Positions 50,330-57,731 of a stretch of 57,731 nucleotides of DNA are shown piece by piece. The stretch is from NCBI GenBank assembly GCA_013239625.1, contig MU053379.1, positions 5,456,714 through 5,514,444 on the forward strand, written 5' to 3'. Each line of letters opens with the position of its first letter. Positions within the stretch are counted from its first letter, which is position 1. This stretch comes from Lama guanicoe. Taxonomy: Eukaryota. The notes below the pieces were generated by a model, which saw only the letters and a program-made list of their open reading frames with translations, was not told the DNA's origin and did no database searches. The translations under genes and the position numbers were made by a program.

Positions 50330-51365
50330 GATTTTTTTGGATCTGTCTCCTATATAAAGGAAATAAAGGCAAAAGTAAACAAATAGGACCTAATTAAACT
50401 TAAAAGCTTTTGCACAGCAAAGGAAGCAATTGACAAAATGAAAAGACAACTGATTGAATGTAAGGAGTTAATATCCTCCATATATAAACAGCTCATACAG
50501 CTCAATAACAAAAAAAAAACCCGATTAAGAAAATGGGCAGAAGAACTGAACAGACATTTTTCTAAAGAAGACATACAGATGGCCAATAGGCACGTGAAAA
50601 TATGCTCAACATTGCTAATCATCAGAGAAATGCTGATCAAAACCACAATGAGGTGTCACCTCACACCTGTCAGAATGGCCATCATCAAAAAGACTACAAA
50701 TAATACATGCTGGTGGGGATGTGGACAAAAAGGAACTCTCCTCCACTGTTGGTGGGAATGTAAATTGGTGCAGCCACTGTGGAAAACAGTATAGAGGTTT
50801 AAAAACAGAACTACTATATGATCCAGCAATCCCACTCCTGGACTTATATCTAGAGAAAACTCTAACTTGAAAAGACACCTGCACCCCAATGTTCATAGCA
50901 ACACTATTTACAATAGTCAAGATATGGAAGCAACATAAATGTCCTTCAACAGGTGACTGATAAAAGATTTGGTTTACATACAAAATGGAATACTATTCAG
51001 CCACAAAAAGAATGAGATCCTGCCATTTGCAGCAACATGGCTGGACTTGGAGGGCACTATGCTGAGTGAAATAAATCAGACAGAGGAAGGCAAATATTGT
51101 ATGCTATCACTTATACGTGGAATCTAAAAAATATAACAAACAAGTGAATATGACAAAAAAGAAGCAGACTCACAGATACGGAGAACAAAGTGGAGATTAC
51201 CAGTGTGGGGGTAATAAGAAGACGGGGAGTGGGATGTACAAAATATTGGGAGTCAGATCGCCTCAAGGATGAGTGGTACAACACAGGGGATAGGGTCAAT
51301 AGTTTGTAATAACTGTAAATGGAGTATAATCTTTAAAAATTATATAAAAAATTAAAGTAAAAAAT
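50330..51365 (+). mobile_element. LINE-1 3' fragment (ORF2 end + a different 3' UTR subtype)
   Basis: [52 protein letters not shown] and [16 protein letters not shown]. Confidence 0.95.
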
Positions 51366-51857
51366 TTTAAAGTTACCAAAACTGTTGATACAAAGATTCA
51401 GATATTAAAAATATTTTAAAATAAACATAAACTATGAATATTAAACTTGGAAAAGCTTTCAAACTATTTTTCTCTTGTTCTGGAATCACATGCACTCCTG
51501 GACTTAATTTCTTCCTTCTGTTGAAATAACTTTTTATGTCAGCAAACCAAACCGTAGATGATTTTGCGTCCCTGTAAGTGGCATCCTGGACCAGAAACAC
51601 GTACATCCGCTGAGATGTGCAGCGCCAGTGCCCGCCGGCCTCCCTACTTACTCCTTGCTGGTCCCACCCCAAGTTTTGACTCTGTGGCCCCCACCAATCA
51701 TAGTTTTTATTTTCTTTTCCTCATCCTTTACCCTGTAAACCTTCCTGCCTTCCACCTCATTACGTAGTTCTTCAAAAAGAGATTGTACACTTCATATAGG
51801 GTTAAATAACATGTGTTTGTGTCACCTAAATTGTCTTCTTTAATCATCACTTTTTAA

Positions 51858-51975
51858 TCCTTCCTCCCTCCCTTCCTCCCTCCTTTTCCTTCCTTCCTGC
51901 CTCCCTCCTTTTCCTTCCTTCCTTCCTTCCTTCCTTTCCTCCTTCCTTCCCCTTCTCTCTTTCTCTCTCTTTTTT
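51858..51975. repeat. (CCTT)n/(CT)n polypyrimidine simple repeat
   Basis: About 115 bp of almost pure pyrimidines. Confidence 0.9.
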
Positions 51976-52179
51976 GTAGTTATTTTCACCATGGGCCCCA
52001 TACGACAAAAGTCCAATAAGATAAATTTATTAAACCCTGTTTGAGGCAAAAAATGCACAATCAGTTTATAATCTATTTCTCAGTAGAGACATGTGGATTC
52101 CTTTCTTTCCAAATCTTTAAGTAATTCGTCATTACAGGAAGGCACAGAATATTTATTCCATAGTTTTAAATACTCCCCA

Positions 52180-52390
52180 AGCTACTATATATAAATAAAC
52201 AACAAGGTGCTCTGTGCAGCACAGGGAACTACATGCAGTACCTTGTAGTAACCTAGAATGAAAAAGAATAGGAAAAGAAATATATCTATATGTGTTTGTG
52301 TACAACTGAATCACTATGCTGTACACCAGCAATCAACACAACATTATAAAATGACTGTACTTCAATTAAAAACAAATAAATAAATAAGTA
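52180..52390 (+). mobile_element. LINE-1 3' UTR fragment
   Basis: ataaacaacaaggt..cagcacagggaacta..A-tail. aaatactccc appears on both flanks (about 52168 and about 52390) as a likely TSD. Confidence 0.85.
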
Positions 52391-52873
52391 AATACTCCCA
52401 GACAGTATATTTTATCTCAACTTCAGAGGCATGACAGCTAGCTCCTCTACTGCCCGCAGCGGCCGTGTGAGCGCTCACAGAGAGAGGGTCTGGGGTCATC
52501 TCTGGTGCCCTCTTCCTGGAGCATCTTGACCCACTGTATTGAATCACCCGTGTCCTCTGCCCTTCTCCTTCCTCTGGCGTTCACATCTCTCGCCTAAATT
52601 CAAAGCCTATTCACCAAATGTGTGCCTGTATTCCCTCATATGCTTTAGCAAACAAAACTTAGAGTCAGCTGCTCTGCTCAGCCTCTGTTTTCCATGCTGG
52701 AATTTACCCAGGGCACAGCCGTTGCCTCCGGATGCCTGAGCGACCAAGTGCAGGCTCTTGTCGGGGCCTGGAGACTGTAGGTGGCTTCTCTTTAAGAATG
52801 TATCAGACTTACTTTGAAACCTGACTGACATCACCCTCTGCATTTTTTTCTGAAAATGAGGTAAGGAAATTAA

Positions 52874-52974
52874 AGTGACTGTAATAGTCCAGTGTGCCCA
52901 GGTCCCTGCTCTATGGGAAATCAGAGTGACTGTAAATGTCCAGTGTGCCCAGGTCCCTGCTCTACGGGAAAATC
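52874..52974. repeat. Tandem duplication, period 51 bp
   Basis: agtgactgtaa..gtccagtgtgcccaggtccctgctcta.gggaaa occurs twice with about 3 differences. Confidence 0.9.
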
Positions 52975-55288
52975 TGCTGTGATCTCAGTTTTCACTTTAA
53001 GCAACACACAGAAGCCCATACGGAGAACTGATGTGGGGCCCTCAGATGAGACCCTCACCCGTCCCGGAAGCCAGGACACGGAGACTAACTTGTACTCGAG
53101 GCACAAAGACACATTTACTCCCGGAGCACTTGTGGCCTTGATAAATCTCTTAGGTCTTGTCTACTCTTAACAATAATTTGCCAAATAGGCCCTGATTTTA
53201 AACATCTGGATCACTAAGGCTCAAAAATTCTTTCTTTGAGGAAAAAGTAGATTGGCTCTTCTGTTTATCCTGTGATGAGGATTTAATTTCTGCACATTCA
53301 CGATGCAGTAGGACTTGGTTAGTGTTGTATCGTCAGGTGGCGGGCTCCGGATGGGGCCACATTATTCATACTAGAAGGCAATCAGTATTTTTAGTAAATG
53401 TTTAAAGTGTAACATGAGCCTGACATCATTCTGTATCAGCCTCATCTATTGGACTCAAGACAATTTCATGTGTAACTTACAGCATCGTGATACAAAATGA
53501 TACTGTAGTGCTTCAGTTTGACTGGGCTGTAGTTTCCCTTAATGAGTTTATCTTTTAAAATATATGCAAACTTTATGCATAGATATGATTTAAAATGTCT
53601 CCTGTTACTCTCTCAATTGATTAAAAAAGTTCTTTGAAAGTGTAATTAACTGAAAAATGTTACTAAAACCCAAAGTGTATCATTTTAAACCATCAGTGTT
53701 TAGCTTAAGTACAGGCAGGGTTCAGATTAACTGCTTCTTATTTTCTATAAAACAAAACACATACACAATCATGACAAATGTTGGCTCCGTCAGTACATTT
53801 AATCCTTTTGGAATTAATAGCACCAGCTTAGTTTAAGGTTATAATAGATAATGCAGCTCTGACCGCAGAGGTAGAAGTAAAGCCTGTGGATAAAACCTCC
53901 ATGTTCTGGTTTTGGACAGACCACAAAGCTCCCGTTACTTTCCTCTCCAAATAAGAGAAATATCAAGACCTCTAAATAGTGCTACATCTTCTGGCAAACT
54001 ACTAGTACATTTTTAGTTTTTTATGAAGAGTTTTAAAAATGTTGCCCTGCCAGCTAGTATATTACAGACGCACTGCACAGACCTTTCCAATCCTTGGTTA
54101 GTCGGAAGGCTCCGGAAAGGTGGTGGACTTGCGGTGAGCGTTTCTCCTTTTCTGGGGAAGTGGAGGTTGGCCTTCCTTGTCTATTCATGAAACACTGCTC
54201 GGTCCGTGGTCACTCTGAGGCGACTGTGGCCTCGGGCTCCCACCTGTCCTCTTACTCTGCTCAACTATATTTGGAAAGTGAGCTCATGTTTCCGCAGCCG
54301 GCCACGACCAGGGACGCCAGCGGCCCCGGCCTGAGGGCTGGGTTCTTAGAAACTCAAGGCACATAGTGCAGAGGGAACTGTATCTAGGGGTCGCACAGAC
54401 ATGGGGTTCACATGTGCTCCTCTGCTCTCCCGCCTTGTGCCTGGAGGTCACCACCTGTCTTTTAAACATACTCTCAGTTAAAAGTGCGGCATGTGACGCC
54501 GAGTAGAAAAAGTGAGACTCACGAGGAATGCCCTTCTCACTGTAGTCTTCTGTCCATGCACGTGACTCAGTCACGCGGGGCATTAGCCCAAAGTATCCAG
54601 TAACTATTTAAAAATTCAGCCACCTGTCAAATCGAGTGGAGAGTCCCACTGATCTTCCTTCAATTTGTTAATTAAACATTATGATATGACTTTGTGTGTA
54701 TTGAGGACATGGTCCACCATGGGGTTAAACAGACAAACACCCAGGGACTGAGTCTCACACACACGGTGACACTGAGATCTTAGCCCAAAGCCCAGCTCAC
54801 CCCCAGTGCCCAGCCAATGTCTGTGGGTGAAATAAATGTTGAATGAATCCTGTTCAGGATGAGTATGAACCTTCTCAAGTTGTAACAATCATCTCACGAC
54901 CGTTTCATTACTTATTCTGTAGCACCTTGGTGTCACATACCCTAATATTTTGAACTTCCAAATAACAAGAAACAGCTCTTCTGTTCCAAGGTCAGAGAGC
55001 AGAGCCGCACATAAGGGGCAAAAAATAGTCACACGAAACCTCCTGGCTCAGTTAATCTGGACATGAAGTACCTAGTTCTCGTTCGCACGGACAACACTGA
55101 TAATACCGTTATCAATCCAGCTTCTTGTCTGAAGCAGTTTTTTTCTGATGGCGAAACGCAGGAAGGTCTGACCTGGTCCTTTCCTTACAGGCAACATAGG
55201 TCCTTGAAAACACACTTGAAGGTACACTTGTGGGCTGTTCCAAAGCTAATGGGGAAAACCCCTCTGGATGATAAAACACAGGTGTTTC

Positions 55289-55751
55289 TGTAACCAGGCA
55301 GGTTCCCGTGGACCTTCTGGGAGTAGACCCCTCCCCCATGTCCTCTGCGGCAGCTCCTCTTGAAACATGCAGATCATAGTCTCTCATGCATATTTCCTGA
55401 GTTTTTCAGATACCAAAAACCACCAAAGAAATGAACTACTTGATGGTCGAGAGCATGCGGCCCCCAGCCCTTCTGGTGCCTGGGGGTTGATAGTGTTGAC
55501 GCCCTATTACCTGGACATCAGCCAGTCGGAGAACTGTGCACGAGCAGATCATGCACCTGCGACCCCCTCCCTCACCTGGCCTTTAAATAAGCTTTGCTGA
55601 AACTCTTCCGGGAGTTCGGGGTTTTCTCGGGTGTGAGCCACCCTGGCCTCCTTGCTTGGCCTGCAATAAACCAAACTCTGCTCCAAACTCCAACATTTCG
55701 GTTTGTTTGTCCTCACGGTGAGGTGGGCACACAAAGTCGCTTTCCATAACA
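55289..55751 (+). mobile_element. Solo ERV1-type LTR
   Basis: TGTAACC...ATAACA termini, TATA-like tttaaata at about 55582, AATAAA at about 55666, length about 460 bp. Confidence 0.75.
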
Positions 55752-57731
55752 TTCATGTCTTCTCACTAAACCCTGTAAGACAATAGTAAAAACCCAAGAG
55801 GATAAAAATTGGGAAAGAAGATGGTAGACGATTCTAGAACTGGACAAAATGGCTGGAACAAGGTTAATAGAAAGCTGAGTGGTCCAATTAAACTAGAAAA
55901 GGTGAATCCCTGCGGGGGGGTGCCCACAAGAAGCAGTGGGGTGCCCCTGGGTCACTGAGAGGCTAGGATTGGAGGCACTGGCCCTGCCTGAAACTGACTT
56001 TAATTGGCAGCTCCGTGTGCTGCTGGGAGCGGCAGGCGCCGAGACGGCAGCTCCCGACCCAGCGGTTAGACCTGCTGCCCCTTCTCACCTCCCGACCACC
56101 CACCACCCCTGGGGAGCGTGGGAGGTCTGTTCGGGGGAGTGTATGAAGCAGCCTGCAGCACCAGGGGCACGGACGCAGAGGAAAGGGCGAGGCCCTGGAA
56201 GAATCTTCTGGGAGTGGGACCAGAGAAGGGAAGAGAGGCTTCCACTGTGTCTGGAGACAGTTCTAGAAAACAGGAATGCTTGACACATCTCGGTGTCGTT
56301 GTGAGTGTCTGTTACACTAATCGCTGTAGTTCTGGTGTTTAAGAACGTCATAATCTAAAATGAAACAAAGACCTCTGTTGTGTCCTCAGGCAAAATGACT
56401 GTGGAGGACATTATAGGAGCCAAAATGTGTGACCTCTCTGAGATGTCACCTCAGTGGAGGAAAGAGCCGCTGAGATCAAGTGGGCAAGGGGCCATCAGAG
56501 CCACACCCGTGATGAAGGTGGGAAAAATGCCTTCCCCCAAACCCTCCGCCTCCCCTCTTTCCCTCCTGGATGCTAACCATGTGACCCAAGCTTCATCTCA
56601 ATGTTTTAACAGATGTCATTGTTGTATGAACAGTCACTGTGCAGGAACCACCAGGTACTTCCCCCTCTGCACCAGACTGGTGCAGCCAGGCAATAACCTT
56701 CACGCACCCCGGCTCCATCTTCCAACCCCACCTGGAGTGTGCGCTGATGACATGCACACGAATGCTGATATTTTTCTCTTACTGAGACATTACCAGGAAG
56801 ACCCACATTCCTGCAGCTTCTGGGACGAGGAGAGATGGGGTGCAGCCTGGCAGGTGTCCACTGTGCAGAGCAACAGCCGTCGTAATGCGTTGTTGATGAA
56901 TTAGACTCACCCTTTCTTGTGGCAGTGGAGATATTCCCAGACGAATGAAAATACATTTCCTCTCCTCTTTTCAGGGAGTACAGCCAAGTTGTAATATGTT
57001 TAATGTTACTTTGTCACCAGAGAAAAGTCACACTTTTTTATGGAAATAAGAAGTCAAAAGCTGCATATGTAGGAACTCTCACAGGGACAGTGATTGGCAG
57101 GTCTGATTGAAACAATACTGAGTCTCTTTTAAGGAAAAGAATTTGTTTTCCAGATTCTTATATTTGTTAAATGACATGGTTTGCCAGGTGCCCATATTAC
57201 TCAAGGAAAGTCACATTTCTTTGTTTTTTCAAACAAAGTTATATCTACCTTTGAGGCTTCTCAGGACCACAAGCCATCTGTTTTTTCTTCTTACAGCTTC
57301 ATCCTTTCCTTGGTGTTACACCCGGATTCAGGAATCAGGTGCTCCAGGAACTGTGGGTGAGGCTCCCCTCTGCTCCACAGACGAGTGTTCTCATACCCAG
57401 ACTCGTGGTGAGATTTGCCCCATGGCTCCACCTCTCTCTCTCAGCTCCTCGGCCTGCGATGCTTAATGCTCAGCGTCCAGGAGTCTATGGTCAGATCCTG
57501 CTCTGACGTGCCCCTGTTCCATTCTGCACGAGCATCCTGGTCCATCACAGAGCCCCGCCCCTCTGCCCTTCCAGGCTCTGAGAACCCTGCTCTCTCCTGG
57601 ACTGGACCCGCATCTTCCCCAGGAGCACCAGCCCCTGTCTCCCTGCAGATAGCCCAAGAGTATTGTTCCAATTATTTCAAAAGTAGGTTTTATTGAATTT
57701 AAGCAAAATAAGTTTGACTTTTTTTTTTTTT

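Noticed and set aside
52874..52974. CRISPR-like or other prokaryotic repeat array
   Set aside because: Only two adjacent copies with no spacers, in plainly mammalian DNA; no prokaryotic features anywhere in the window.
55285..55755. Target-site duplication around the solo LTR
   Set aside because: Flanks (tttc / ttca) do not match exactly, so no TSD is claimed.

Overview
Mammalian genomic DNA, most likely camelid (alpaca/camel-type tRNA-derived SINEs and L1 3' ends). No intact protein-coding gene is supported. The window appears to be a mosaic of duplicated, disabled gene fragments, all on the minus strand. (1) An intron-containing TCOF1 (treacle) copy with its CpG-island promoter and exons 1-3 (8611-3108); the start codon reads GTG and there are two in-frame TAG stops, but the exon 2 and 3 splice sites are intact. 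(2) The first coding exon of the long PALLD (palladin) isoform (46738-45849), with two frameshifts and a nonsense codon, inside PALLD-like intronic DNA. (3) A second CpG-rich promoter-like segment (about 2200-2890) plus two exon-like segments (about 337-680) of an unidentified gene. TCOF1 and PALLD are on different chromosomes in human, so this looks like a segmental-duplication patchwork, or a scaffold join at an L1 containing an N-gap. The rest is repeats: a degenerate gammaretrovirus-like ERV1 provirus (41111-45771), a solo LTR, many 5'-truncated L1s, two SINEs, old L2/MIR elements and three local tandem duplications. Gene identifications come from remembered human protein sequences, not from a database search.
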